Assembly: GCA_035084275.1 (NCBI GenBank)
Contig: CM068744.1
Coordinates: forward strand, 13,640,001 to 13,704,000
Reading direction: 5' to 3'
Length of the DNA stretch: 64,000 nt
DNA from: Hydrolagus colliei
Taxonomy: Eukaryota
This document shows positions 38,626-52,306 of the stretch, in pieces. The translations under genes were made by a program, and so were the position numbers. Below the pieces are notes generated by a model, which worked only from the letters and a program-made list of their open reading frames with translations, searched no databases and was not told the origin of the DNA. Position 1 is the stretch's first letter. Each line of letters opens with the position of its first letter.

Positions 38626-40459
38626 AGAGAAAGCTCAGACACATACTTCAGTGTGGTAAAGCTCAATATGAGATGTAAGGATTGTTTTAATACTGTTAAA
38701 TGATAGCAGATTAATGGGCCAGTAGGCAAAAGGGCAGAGTTTGCCTTTTTCATTCCAGCATTAACTTCTTCAAGGAAGGAGACAGGGCACAGCTTTCTAG
38801 TTTGAGTGATCAATTTACAGAAGAGCAATTAGAGGGGAGGAAAGTCAGTCATTACCTTTGTAGAGATTAACTTTAAATTCAAAGTATTCTGTACTAAGCT
38901 TTATGAGTTTCAATGCCATCTGACATTCTTGGTCTTTTTCTTTCATTTCTTCTTAAATATTTGGCTGATATGGATAAGGTGCCGGAAGATAGTCCAACAA
39001 ATTTGTAGGAGATAGAGAACCAATCACTCTCTTGCTCTTAGGGAAGTCTACCAAGTGGAATGACAAGATCCTCACCAAATGCTTTGGATATAGGCTGAGA
39101 CATGTTACTGTTCGCAAGATGCTCTCTGACCCAATCAGCCTTATTGTAGATTGTACGATCAAGCAACAGTGAAAGGTTTATTTATGTCATGCACCTGGCT
39201 CATGGCATTGGCATCTCTAATGACAGTTATATCTTTGAGTTGAGAAAACCTTCAATTGAATGACTCAACATTTTGCTTTTGGAATGACTCTGACGGGTAG
39301 CACAAAGCTCAGAGGTCAAAATAGGGAAATGGAAGAAAATATCAATGCTATCAAAGAAGATAATTAAGAATTTTTTTGGATTACGTTAATAAATTAGAAT
39401 TTTGTATGCTAACCTACATAAATTTGAAATACTTAATTATTTCTGGATATTATTGAACTGAAAGGAATGTTGTATGCCTGATGTATGTCTGTCTGTACAG
39501 GTACAAACATACCATCTGACTAAATATTATACACTAAATAAACATACCAATAGATTGTACTCAACACTTGTTACAAACATACTGATTGACTGTATTAAAC
39601 ACTGCTACAATTGGATTTAGAATGTACAGTATATCTAATAATAATAATCCTTGTATTTGAAACAGCGCTTTGTCATTGCGGAGTCTCAAAGCGCTTCACG
39701 GAATATATTGTAAAGTCGATTGGCTGTATATATTGAGGGCAAAACATAAATTATTTCGTAAATTGAACATACCAGATTATGACTCAGCCTGTGTCAGGCC
39801 TTGACTGGTAAGATACACACTTCCTGCAGAGTTTGGTCTCATGGGAAAGCCGGCAGACTGACTGTATCTGTGTCACACAGATGTGCATTCGGAGGCCAGG
39901 ATGGAATCATGGCACATGGCTTGCTCCAAACTCTACACAAGTATATTTCCCAGGCTATTTATAGATTTCAGATCCATTTATAGCACAGGTCAGCTACGGG
40001 AGCTGAATGTTGTTATTTTGCACAGGAAAAAAAATCTAAAAATAATAAAGGACAATCCTGACTTCCATCTCCGCTGTAAGACGAATGATGCTTGTCAGTT
40101 CTTTTTCGTCATACGGTAGTTTGTCTATTTTCTGCCCCACTGCTGTTAAAAGAATGGGGCAAAGGAAGGAACAGTTTGTTTCCTGAAAATAGAACGAAAA
40201 TGATAGCTTTAGTTGTTTTGACAACGGAAACCGAAGGGAAGTTTGCAAAAGACATTTGCGGATGAGTTTCTTGTCAAACAAGCATTGATGCATCCTGAAA
40301 CCTTGTGCGAGCAGATGCATTCCTGGTTTATTTTATAGGGTTCTTGGAGTATCTAAGGAAATTTGAAGCAAATTGCATTCACTTGTCTGAAAGCAATTTA
40401 GCTCTTTTTAAATGAATTTAAGCCTCATAGAGAGGCTAGACTTTTATTCTTGCAATAAG

Positions 40460-40878
40460 TTAGCCTAGCTCAATTGCTGCACTCACACCTCCGAATCCGA
40501 AAGCTGTTGGTTCAAGCCCTATGTTGGAACTTTTAACTCACATACCCTAAGCTGACACTCAATTGCAATGTTGTTCCTTAGGATGAGGCGTTAAAGCGAG
40601 GTCCTGTCTATCTGTCCCGGTGGGTGGTAAATATCGTACGGCACTATTTGAAAAGAGAAGGGAGTTTCTTCCAGTGTCCGCACCCGCAATTCCCCAAATA
40701 ACATTGGTTCGTGGCAATTGTCGATTCACTTCATGGCAGATTGTGGAACACTGCAGTGTGCAAATTGGCTGCTGCTTTCACCAACAAAATACAGTCATTG
40801 CACTTTACAATAAATCTCATGAAATGCTTTGAGACGTCCTCCTTATGCAAAACTCTTCACATCAAAAGGATTATCCTG
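40460..40878 (+). mobile_element. Older DeuSINE
   Basis: Same core (GGATGAGGCGTTAAAGCGAGGTCCTGTC..GGCACTATTTGAAAAGAGAAGGGAGTT) plus tail. Confidence 0.75.
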
Positions 40879-41187
40879 GTTTCACAGCTTTGTACATCTG
40901 CTGTTGGCAGTGAGAAGTAAGCACACTAGTTTTGCTCCTTTTTGAAGTCCTGATTACAACGCATTTCTGTAGAAGCCTCAAATAAAAAAATATAGCTTTC
41001 TCTAATCCTCTAAACAAACCACAACATTTTCATCTATTACTAAGTTGCACCACATGGTGTGTATAGAATAGTCAAACTTTGCTTTGTACCTATGCTCATA
41101 TCTCCTTTCTCCAGCTAGATGTCAAACAACACCGTTGCTCATTGCTCCGAGATGGTACACAGTGTGAAGAGCACAATATAATATTAA

Positions 41188-41512
41188 TAAATAATAATAA
41201 TCCTTGCATTTGATATAATGCTTCTCATGTCTTCAAGATGGATCAAATATACTATAAAGTGAATTGACTGCATATGAACTAAACACGACTGCCAATTGCG
41301 CACAGCAGTGTCCCATAAACAGTCATGGATTGAGTGACCAAATTATTGTTTCTTTACTTTGTTTTTTGCTTGAAGGAATATTATCAGGCATGTGGCATAG
41401 AGAAACTTGCCCAAGATCAGGAATTGACCTTGGCCTGGAACCTGTCATTGACCTGTCAGGAATTGAACCCGGGTCTCTCGATTGAGCTCTAACCACTGAG
41501 CTACAGGTCTCC
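41188..41512 (-). mobile_element. tRNA-derived SINE
   Basis: Head at 41512. Local duplication around the B box (TCAGGAATTGA twice). Confidence 0.88.
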
Positions 41513-41840
41513 ACGATACGAATGCAGATTGTTGATGTTACAACCAGCATTGAACTGATTCTTAAACGAGTCCATGTTGTGGCTTACATCACCCTCCCTG
41601 ATAACCTGTTCCTGCTGTTGAGTATGTTCTGTGCAAATAAATATTTCCTGGTGTGTATCCTAAAATTGCCCTTCATAACTCTAAAATGTAGCTTATTGGA
41701 AACAGGATGAGGCCATTCAGTCTGTTCCAACTCTCTATTAGATTTAACGGATCCCACCCTTCTACAGCCCATGTCCTCTCCCATGCTAGGCTCCGTGAAC
41801 CTATCACCCCCATACTCACCCAACTCCACTGATTTCCCAT

Positions 41841-42463
41841 GGAGTCCTGTAGCTCAGTGGTTAGAGAACTCGCTTTACAAGTGTGACACTTGTGTTTGAA
41901 TCCAGGCAGGGTGAAACATTGGGCAAGTTTTCACACATTTGATAATAATCCCTCAAATAAAAATAATAAAAAAATTGGTCATTTCAATCCATGATTATTT
42001 CTGGGACACTGCTGTGCTCAATTGGCTGCCGGGCTTCACCCACACAAAAAAAATAGTCAATTCACTTTGCAGTATATTCTGTGAAATGCTTTGAGACGTC
42101 TAGAACAGCAATTCTCAACCAAGGGTACATGTATACCAGGGGTACAAAATTACTTCCAGGGGGTGCAGATACATTGATTTATTTAGCTCTCTTATTTAGC
42201 ATTTTATAGCATTCCAAATTGTATATTTAATTGTTATTCCCCTCGTTTTGTAGGTGCAAGTTATTTGGTTATATAAGAAAAGCTTGGTCATAAAATGCAA
42301 GTGGAATGAGCGGGGTGGTGTGTGTGTGTATATGTGGTTGGGTGGGGGTACACAATAATGTTGAAAATTAACAAAAGGTACATTATAGAAAAAGGTTGAG
42401 AACCACTGGTCTAGAAAACATGAAAAGCACTATATCAAATGCAAGTCTTATTATTATTATTAT
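41841..42463 (+). mobile_element. tRNA-derived SINE interrupted by the Charlie-like MITE
   Basis: Head GGAGTCCTGTAGCTCAGTGGTTAGAG at 41841. Tail resumes after 42416. Confidence 0.92.
42106..42408. mobile_element. Non-autonomous hAT-Charlie-like MITE nested in a SINE
   Basis: TIRs CAGCAATTCTCAACC and GGTTGAGAACCACTG. Perfect 8-bp TSD GTCTAGAA at 42098-42105 and 42409-42416 matches the NTCTAGAN target preference of Charlie/MER5 elements. Confidence 0.92.
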
Positions 42464-42464
42464 C

Positions 42465-44040
42465 ACACAGAGGATTAAATTGAAGATCCTGGCCCTCACC
42501 ATCAATGCCCTCCATGGACTTGCCCCCACTCCACCTCTCTTGACCCCAACTTGGGTTTGAAACACTGATTGTCCAGGGCCTTGAGACTCAAGATTGAAAG
42601 GCGCTATACAAATGTAATTTTGTTGTTGTTTAATCCCAGCCTCTTGCCAAACCCATTAATACCTCTAACAACCAAAGTTTCTGACTCAGTCTCTTTTAAA
42701 TATCCCTATTGATTCCACCTTTACATCTTCCTGGGGCAGAGCATCCATTACGTCACAGCCCTCTGAGTGAAGAAGGCCTTCCTGACCTAAGTTCTAACTG
42801 TTTGGGTTCTAATATAAGGCAACACTGCTTGTAATAGATTTTAACTTTAATCCTCTATCATAAACCACTATCTAACCTGTCAATTCCTTTTATTGTTTTA
42901 AATACCTCAAATTAAATCACCTTTTAACCTTGGCTGCTCAAAGGAATATAACTCCAGTCTGCCCAATCACTCATTCTGGTTAAGTTCCTTCAGCCCTGGT
43001 ATTAATTTGGTGAATTGTTATTCACCAATTCAGCCCAATTCATCCTAAAATATCTGTGGGGGGCTTTCAGCCACTCCGCCCCGATTCTCTGGAGTCCCTC
43101 CATCTCGCCCCTCTCCCTCCATTTTAAAAATCCACCTTCAGATCTATCTTTTTCACTATGCTTTTGGTCAACTTTCCTCTCCATTCCCTACTCCCCACCC
43201 CACCACTCCCACCGCCCACCTCGTGTGCAAGCATTTTGAGATGTTCTCCTGACATGAAAAGCATTGTATAAATATAAATTCTTGTCATTGTTCTTGAACA
43301 CACTCCAAGAGCTGGGCATAGGGATTGGGGGCGGGTGGAGGGCAGGGCGAACAAGGTTGATCAAAAGCTCGGACGAAGAGGAGAGCCTTGAGGTGGATCT
43401 TGAAGGAGGCAAGGGGTGAGGTGGGGCGGAGGGCTGCGGCTTGGAGTTCCAGAGGTTGCGGGCAGAATGGCTGAAGGCCCACCTGCCAATGATGGGGTGG
43501 GTGAAGCAGGGGATGTGAAGCAAGGAGGAGCACGCCAAGTGGAGGGAGTGGGCAGGTTGGTAGGGGTTAGGAGATCGCAGAGGTAGTGGGAGCAATTCCA
43601 TGGAGCGCTTTGAAAGTGAGGACCAGGATCTTGAACTGTATTCTCTGTGTGATGGGAAGCGAGTAGAGTTGGGTGAGGGTGGGAGTGATATGGTCACAGA
43701 ATAGGAGAGGATACAGGCTGCAGAGTTCCGATTGATCTGCAGCCTGCAGAGTTGGGGAGGCCATTGGGGAGGCCGACAAACAAGGAATTTGCATAGTAAA
43801 GCCTGGATGTTGTGAAGGCAAATCTTTATTCTTCTGTCCTAATTGTATTACCTTACACTTTGCAATGTTAAACTCCATCTATCACAGTTCTGCCCACGAT
43901 GGGCAGTAATCTGCCCATGTCTGTTTTTTTTTACCTATCCTCCTCCAATTTGTAACACCTTGTAGCTTTGTATCAACTACAGATCTAGAAATAGTCCTCT
44001 CTATTGTTGCATCCATATCATTGATATATAGGGTGAAACA
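42465..44040. mobile_element. Mosaic of L2 (42465-42630 +, 43055-43290 +, 43300-43820 -) and CR1 (42635-43010 -, 43830-44040 -) fragments
   Basis: L2 motifs HITPTLTQL..RIQFKILVLTFKALHG and WAFSHSA. CR1 motifs MEFNIAKCKV and FFTQR.V remnants. Confidence 0.8.
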
Positions 44041-45744
44041 CTCTCATGGTCCAGTTTTATCTCTAATCTGAAAAGTTGTGGGCCTCTGAATGCAGCTGTC
44101 CTTCTTCTCCTGTCCTTACACTGAAATTAAATTGGCAGCATTTGAACTAATACTTACCATCACTAAAAGGGAGAGTAGGGACGATAGCATACAACATAAT
44201 TTTGGCTCTGTAGATTAATGTTAATTAGAGATTGTGCAAAGCCAATATAATTGAATATATTTTGTGGCAAATCTATTTCAATGCTTTTAAAAATCGTTCA
44301 ATGTGGATCATTGTATGAAGTCACGGTTTTCAAACCCCTCTGTTTGTGATAAGAAATTCACTCGCAGGCATGGCTCCAAATATGACTGTTTATTGAAAAC
44401 TTAAAGCTCAGCCAGCAGGTGGAATTAAAGTTAGTAAAGGATAGGTTGTGATTATTTAAAGGAACATCATCAATGGAAAAAATACTTAGGCAAAGGAAAA
44501 ACACAGAAAATATGATGCTGTGTATGACAAAAGTATTTCAATAGCATCTAGCTTTACCCGTAAAATGTCTTTGTCAAAGATTATTTCACAAAGGAGCACT
44601 GTCCCTTTAAATTCCATATTCTGTAGGCTTGGATCAATCACATTTGAGTTTTTTTTATTGTTCCTTAAATTTATTTCAGTCATTACTTTTAGGATATCAT
44701 TTGCCTCTGCTTAGAATCATAAACACCTGGAAATTTTAGCACAGAGAGAAAGCCTTAAAATGGTGTTAGCTCCATGCATTGGTGCTTTCAATACGCATCC
44801 TAATCCCTGTGTTTTTTCTCCTGAGTACCCTATTATATTGCTTCTCTTCAAATCTTTTAACCACTTCCCCTTAAATGTTGTTTGTGGCCTGAGATTCAAT
44901 AGGTAATTGTGGCAAAGCATTCTCTGTTCTAATAACTCTAATTGTTCTATAATAAAAAGGGAGATAAAGTATGGAATGCACACAGAGTAATTTTGCTTGG
45001 TAATTTACATAGCATCTGGCACAGTGCAATTCCCTCCCCAGTGTCTATCGCTGCAGCATGGATCTTGGCACAGGTTATAGGAGCAATTCAGCTTCCCTCT
45101 CCCCAACCTCTCTAACTCAGTGACAAACGGCTTTTTATATATAACAAAATAGTTCCTACTATGAGAACCTATTATCAGATTCCATGCGACTGCTGGTAAG
45201 TCACTTAGGGCCACACTGAGGAAGTGCTAGACTATAATTTGGGATTGTTCTGAGTGGGAGAAGGTTAAAGTTGTTAATATACTCACTGTGACTATGATAA
45301 AAACACACAATATAATACAACCAAGACCTTCTGAATTGAAAACCCATAGTTTCAACATCATTAGTAACAGCAAGTTGTGAGAAATCGGAATAAAGTTTAA
45401 AAACATCTGTTGTGTCTTTTTAACCCATTTCCTCTTGCAACAGTTGGAAAAGTCTGTCACAGAACTTGCCTAAAAGCTCACAGATGGCTTTTCAGCAGTC
45501 ACACATTTTCTTAATTCTTCCTTTTTATTCCTCACTCTCTTTCTCTCCCTTTCCCATTTTCCTCCTGTTTGCCTTTCCTGCATCAGGAAACCTGTTCCCC
45601 ACATCTGCTTGAATTGCAAATAACTAGACGCCATCAGCCGAAGGGGTAGAGTGGGAGAGAGTGTGTTTGTTTTGTTGGGGGTAGGGGGATGGAAGACGAG
45701 GATGATTATTTTCTGTGAATTGTTTTGGTCAGTGGGCATATGAC

Positions 45745-46066
45745 ACATAATAATAATGATAATAATACTTGCATTTGATATAGCGCTTTTCAGATCTTCT
45801 TGACGTCTCAAAGTGCTTCACAGGATACACTGTAAAGTGAATTGCCTGTATATGCAGACGAAATGCAGTAGTCAAATGCAGTAGTCAGTAGTCCGCAGCA
45901 CGGTCCCACAAACAGTCGTGAATTGAAATGATTAACGTATTATTGTTTTTAGGGATTATTATTAAGCATGTGAAGTAAGGCAACTTGCCCAAGGTTCTGT
46001 CCTGCCTGGAATTGAACCCAGATCTCTTGCTTGGCAAGTGCTTTGACCGCTGAGCTACAGGACTCC
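45745..46066 (-). mobile_element. tRNA-derived SINE, full length
   Basis: ..TGAGCTACAGGACTCC at 46051-46066, plus core and tail. Confidence 0.9.
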
Positions 46067-49000
46067 AAAATAATAAACTATACTAGGTATGGCATGCTTA
46101 ACGAGTATCCGGACCAGAGTTCCATGTATTTTATGTGTCCTCCATGTGGCTAAATGCTCATCTCCACTCACTCGCTCCCACCCTCCTGATGGCAGAGGTG
46201 CAACTGGAAGACAATCAAGTGAAGACACAGATACAAAAATCCCACTGCAGAGCACCATTCTACTAACTGCGGCATTGAAACTTTCAGAATAAAGAATATG
46301 ACCACTGTCAACTGGACACTGTTGTAGCACAATCTTGCTACCGGACAATTTAATGAACGTGGGTGTTTAGGGTGTTTTATATGGGTTTGGGTAACAATTG
46401 AGGTCACCTATTGTAACTTCCAGAAATCACTGGAAAACTGTTTGCTTGAGATGGGTCCAGCTTTATTCAGATTTTGAGGTTGTTCTGGGAGTGATCAAAA
46501 TGCTGAAGTTCAAATGACCGGTGAAGTTTTATCGGGCTGCTAATGTAGACGTAATAACGTGCAACACTTGATGTTAACTGTAACAGAATGCTGCTGCATG
46601 CCAGCTTATCAAAGAAAGCCTTGTACTAAGTACTGTTGCTTCTTAGTATGCACAAACTGTACCATGTCTGGGCAAAATTTAGGCTGCCAGTGTGTAAATA
46701 CAGTAAACTCATCGGTTTCTTTTTGTCTTCATGTTTAATGGCAATGGAATAAAAAAGAGTCCCTGTTAAATTTAAAACACCGGCCAATGCCCTTCACTGC
46801 ACAGTTCCCCGGGCTCTGTGTGTGAAGCTTTAAATAACGTGTGAGGCAGAAACTTTAGTCTAAGTCGAACCAGCTTCTTTAGTCAGTCATCAGGCAGGGG
46901 TTTCCTGCGTGGCCTCTTCACATTGTAGTAAGAGCATTGCTCTAGAATTCAGAGCATGCATGTGTGATTTAGGAGATTACATGGTGCGTGAACTTTTCAG
47001 TCTTGGGATTGATGAGCTTTGCAGGTTCATTATAATAGAGACTATACTAGGTATGGCTGATGGTGTTGGCGGTGGGAGGCCATGGGAGAGCTTCAGTAAC
47101 CAGTAATGCCTGTTTTTCCAGATTATTACCATCATCTCATACTGGTTGATTACTGTGGTCGTCTTGTGTAATAGCTTTGTACACATCAGCTCCGAGCCCA
47201 ACTGCAGCTCTTGACTAAACAAGTTTCTAATAAGGGAAACACCAATACTGTGGAAAGTGTGCATGAATTCTACTCCAAAAATAAAATTGTGATTCTTATC
47301 CTCCTGGACTCTCCTCACCCCCAATGATGTCTGTTTCTTCTCTCCTGTAGACACCGACTTTTGATGGGTTATATATATTGGCTGCCCTCCAAACCCTCAC
47401 AAAACTGTCTGTTATTCATCTCTGTGATTCCATCACAAGAGGCATGATAGCTCAGCCAAGATCACGCATTCACCTACCATCAATCGCCAATGGGAGAGAT
47501 CAGAAACAGACCCTTTAGGTATAAAACTCCTCTAGTCTTAGTCTATTTTGTCTTAAAATGTAAGATCTCCCACAACTGTGGAAAATTCTTCAATTCTGTC
47601 ACGATCTGAAAGTCAGTTTGTTTTAAGATCTATAGAAAACCTGCTTCCAAATAAAGAATGAATGATCCATAGAATAGTTAGAATTTGGGGCCTCAGACTA
47701 TTTTCTCCTCCTTTGCTGGAGCCACTGAATGCAAATGATAGCACCTCAGCTGCTGCTCGCAGGCTGAGATCCGATCAGTCAAACCCCCGATTTTCTGGTC
47801 TCTAATGCTTTTGAAGGGCATTTAGCCTCTAGGAGAACTTTGCTGAATTCTTTCAATCAAATTTAAACTCGAATTTTGAACACTGTATTCCAAATAGATA
47901 CTTCTTTAAATTTTTTGAATAATTTCTTTTTGAGATGTGGGTAACTTGCCTCATGAAGAACATTGGGCAGCAGAGTGAATTAATCCAGAGCAGCCTGCAG
48001 TGTGTCCATTCAGTCAGTGCTGATGGTGGTTCAACCATGGCAGAGTCAGCCTCCTCTCACTGGGTGAATGATGGGCTTTCACAGTCTGGCTGTTTTCCCA
48101 GAGGATTCTTACAGCCACAGCAGCAGTCTTCACTTCCACCAGAGAAAAAAACATTTAGCCCATCAAGCCTACTTTTCCCACAGAACACGCACAATCTATC
48201 TTGCTTCCAGATTAAATTGTCATTCACATCATGGCTGTTTGTGGGACCTTGTCGCGACAAATAAATGACTGTCAGGTTTGCCTACAAAAACACACATTAC
48301 ACTTGATAGTAATTACTTGTGCAGCACCTTGAAACATTTCAACATTATAAATCATGATAAAAATACAAGATCATTCTTTCTAAAATTGTTTACGAAAAGC
48401 CTCAAAGGCCAATGAGCATGAATTTAGTAAAAATAAATATGAAAGAATATTGCAAAAAAAAGGGTGGATGTATGTGCACTTCATGAGAAAGTGCAGTATG
48501 CAGCAATTCAGTATTCTACAAACTCAATAGACAAATTGCTCACAAGAATACTGTATGTTTTATGTTACACATTAAATGACAAATGAATGAATTGGAAGAT
48601 ATGTGGTGAAGATATTCCAATCTGACACAAGCAAAAGACAGAAATATACATTTTTAGCATAAAAGAGAGCATAACTGCTGAAGTGCCAATGGTTTGTCTT
48701 TTTATGAAATATTTCCCAGGCAAGATTATCACCAATATTTACAGATATTCTGTTTATGGCTTGAGACCCAGGCAAAGTGGACCTTTAGACACCAACATTA
48801 AAAATGTCCTTCCAATGCTAATAAGCTAGGTGGAACATGTCGGACAGACAGCACTGCAGAATGAATCTGACTCTTAAAATGGTTTTCTACCAATTTTCAA
48901 CAATAAAGATTAAATTTTCAGTGAACGTCAATCAATCAAAAAAAAATTCACCTGAATTTAATTTTTATAACAACAAATGTACCATTTTTGGTGACTGTGG

Positions 49001-49424
49001 TTCTGCGTGCACATCCTGGACCAATGTGCAAGCATTACATAAACAGTAAGTGGTTTCTGAAGGTGTTAATTGGATTAAGCATTATTATTATCATCCAAAA
49101 CTATTCCCAATTTTCACCAAATTTACCTGGGAATCTTGGGTTAAATTTTCCTCCCTAATTTGCTGCCCCTTTTTGTCAGAAATGTGACAGTAACTGTCCC
49201 CTTAAAATACTTAAGATTTTATCTGTGAATATCTGTCAATTTTAATGAGTCTTTGTTATGCTTGGAGCCAAGTCAACCCTTCTGGAGACTTAGAAGTCTG
49301 GGTCCTGAGCCTGATAGGTTTGCAGTACTGCTGGGCAATACTGATGACATTACTGGCTCGTCAGTAGGAACCTGAGGGGCAGACCTAGGACAGGGATTCT
49401 TCCCACTTAACAAGACCAACAACT

Positions 49425-49810
49425 TGCACTTAAATAGCACCCTTCGGGAGTAGTGGAGTACCTAACACTCAGCTCCTGTTGATTGTTAAACCCAAAGCCC
49501 AGGTAGGGTGGTCCTAGCTGGACAAGCAATGGGGTACTCCAGTCAGTTCTCTCAATGGCAAGCTTTATGATTTCAATTGGTCAAACTCCCCCATCACACA
49601 TTCTGGGATCCCCAAGTCTTGGCTCTTGCCAAACTGTGCCTAACACTCTGCAGAATTAGATAAGCAAGATGCATCCCTCCAGGGAGAGTGTGCATTCCAT
49701 TGTAAACACAAGTATTTCCATGTGTAGTGGCATAAACTCGCAGTCTGGTTTGGATACTCTTAAGCATGATGATGGGTTTCTATATATGTCAGACACGTGG
49801 CTGACCAACA
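49425..49810 (-). mobile_element. Unclassified old L2-tailed interspersed repeat (other copies 14410-14650, 20510-20730, 23900-24235)
   Basis: Shared blocks such as GATCCCCAAG..TTGGCTCTTGCCAA.CTGTGCCTAA, CCAGGGAGAG.GTGCA and TGGTTTGGATACTC..CATG.TGATG..TTTC..ATGTCAGACAC. Confidence 0.75.
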
Positions 49811-51959
49811 AAAATATTGCTATGGTGCATTACTTAATGCCAAGTTATGCTACAGTACTCAGAGAATATTATTAAGCTTGGTAACATCTGCACAAAATCA
49901 TGCTGATTTGCACATTTTGCAAGAAAGCACATACCTGGTGAAAGCTGAAACAGACGCACCTGAGGAAAGTTTTATAAGAATGTCCATGACCTGAGGAATG
50001 GGGCACAGATAACTCTGTTCTGCATTGGGCTGTGTAGTACAGCTGTGTTCCTCTGGATTAGCAGTCATTTGAATTCCACATTGTCTTGTGTTATAACACA
50101 GGCTCCTCCGCTGTTTACACTCTGAGATACTACCTGTTTGGTGATGGGCTTGATAAGCATTTCACCCACAAACAATACAGTCAATTCACTTTACAGTATA
50201 TTCTGTGAAGCGCTTTGAGATGACTAGAAGATGTGAAAAGCGTTCTATCAAATGCAAGAATTATTATTATTAAAAAGAGCTGTTACTATGGTTTGCCTCC
50301 ATTTGACATGTTAAACATTATTAGTTTTATAAATACAAGTTGTTGCTGTTGTCACAAACCCACAGTCGTAGCAAAGTATTCTCAGGAGGAGCAGGCAGAG
50401 GAAGCGCAAGTTATGGCACGGGATTTTCCAATAACCTCTGTAATGTCACTGCATGGAGCTGCACACACTAACACAGAAACTGGCACTTGGAGGGCTTGCT
50501 CCTGTGTACTTATTACTCATGTAACTTGGTACCCATGTACTCGATGAAGCTGATATAAGCATTTGAAGACCTAACATCCCAACAAATGCATCTGTTAAGT
50601 CACATCAAAGCAGATGTTAGCCTGAACGGCATGCGTAAAATCGAGGACAATAACTTAGTTACCCAAAGACAAAGTCCATTCAGCCTCAAGCTATTTTTTT
50701 TAGAATGGGCCCCAAATCAGGAAAGATAAAGTCTCCTAAATATGTTCCCCATGAGAGAATCACAGTATTCATCTTTCCTCACTGGGAAAATTGTTATGGT
50801 GGATAAAATGTAAGGACAGGATGCCCTGTCATAACACATCTGCGATTTCCTCCCACATTGTACGTATACAAGAAATGCTGCACACTCTATTGCAACACAT
50901 TTTCTTGTCCACCCAAAAGTTACAAGTGTGTCTTTCACAGCTTTTCTCTTCCACATTCTTCTTCAAATCCGAACCTGTCTCAGATACGGTGCCAAATGCA
51001 AAGAAGCGGGACAGGAAGGGAATATGTTTATGGATGAAGGAAACTGAACCTATTATACACATGGCAAATTCTTTCACAATTTTGCATTAATAAGAAATAA
51101 ATAATCCATCAGTTTGATATTGTGCCTTCTCATATCAAAATGTCTCTGAATTTTTTGAAAAATATAGTACAGCAATGTAGGTGAATATAGCAACCAATTT
51201 GTGGACACTAATGTCCCCCAAAGAATCAAGAAGTTAATGGCTAACTTTGTTATTGGGGGAGCGTTGGCCAAGACACTAGGAGAAACTCCCTTCTCTTTTC
51301 AAGAGATGCTATTGGATTTTTAATGACCACCTTAGCAGACAGATAGGACCTTGGTTTAAAATCTCTTCCAACGGACGGCGCCTCCAGCAACAGAATGTTT
51401 CATTTGATAATCAGCCTAGTCTAGGAACTCAAAGATCAGTCTATAATGACAAATATAGCCACAAGGAAGGGAGTTTCTCCTGGTGTCTTGAATCCCTGGC
51501 CAATAATCCCCCAAATAAATGTGGTCATTCACTTAGTGGCTGTTTGTGCGACATCGCTCTGTACACTTTACAAAGCAAGTCTGTGAAGCTCTTTGAGACC
51601 TTCTGACATGAAGGTTCTACATTAAATACAAAGATTATTAGGATTATTATTTTGAATCAGGCATAACCACTGAGCAGGGTTGGCACGGAGGCTCTGCCTC
51701 CAGCACTCTCAGACATTAATCGATTTGTTAAATACAGTAAGATTACTAAATTAACTCTCTATGTCAAACTTTATTCCAATGTTTCTAGATGTGCAAATTT
51801 AACAATTAAGTTGTACACACAAATAAAAACACACCTTCATAGAGACACACACAGACAACTACTGCAATATAGATTTTAAAAAATTGTTTTCTCTTTCTTT
51901 ACATCCATATTATAGCCAGTAGTCAAACATAGCACACTACTGCACTATACTAGGACGCA

Positions 51960-52306
51960 AGCCCTCTCAGAGGTTCAGAGAGGCCTGGGCCACTGCCACC
52001 TTTTGAGGCCCCTGGCCATAAAACAAATGAGGGTTAATTTCCAAATCATGGCCTCACCATTACAATATTAGGAAATTATAATAAAAATTTTGTTTTTTTA
52101 ATGAACCTAACAAAAACCTGTAAAAATGTTAAATCCTGTTTAATGAGCTGAGTGTGTGTCACATTTTGGTTCGAAAGGGTGGCACATAAAAACAAGTCGC
52201 GAAACTTAACAAATGCCAAAAAAATTAACAAGTGTCTAAATTTGAGGCCCCCTTTGAGCTTGAGGCCCAGGCCAAATAGCCCTCTTGGCCTCCCCTCTGA
52301 TTGGCT
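51960..52306. mobile_element. Possible degenerate hAT (Tip100-like) MITE
   Basis: GC-rich ends with repeated GAGGCC(C) motifs around an AT-rich core. Imperfect inverted ends (AGCC..TCAGAGG / CCTCTGA..GGCT). Similar flanks (AGGACGC/AGGACAT), but the TSD is not clean. Confidence 0.4.

Noticed and set aside
41841-41915. tRNA-like sequences (also 33240, 53619, 62194 and others)
   Set aside because: A/B boxes run straight into SINE bodies with no proper acceptor stem. These are SINE heads, not tRNA genes.
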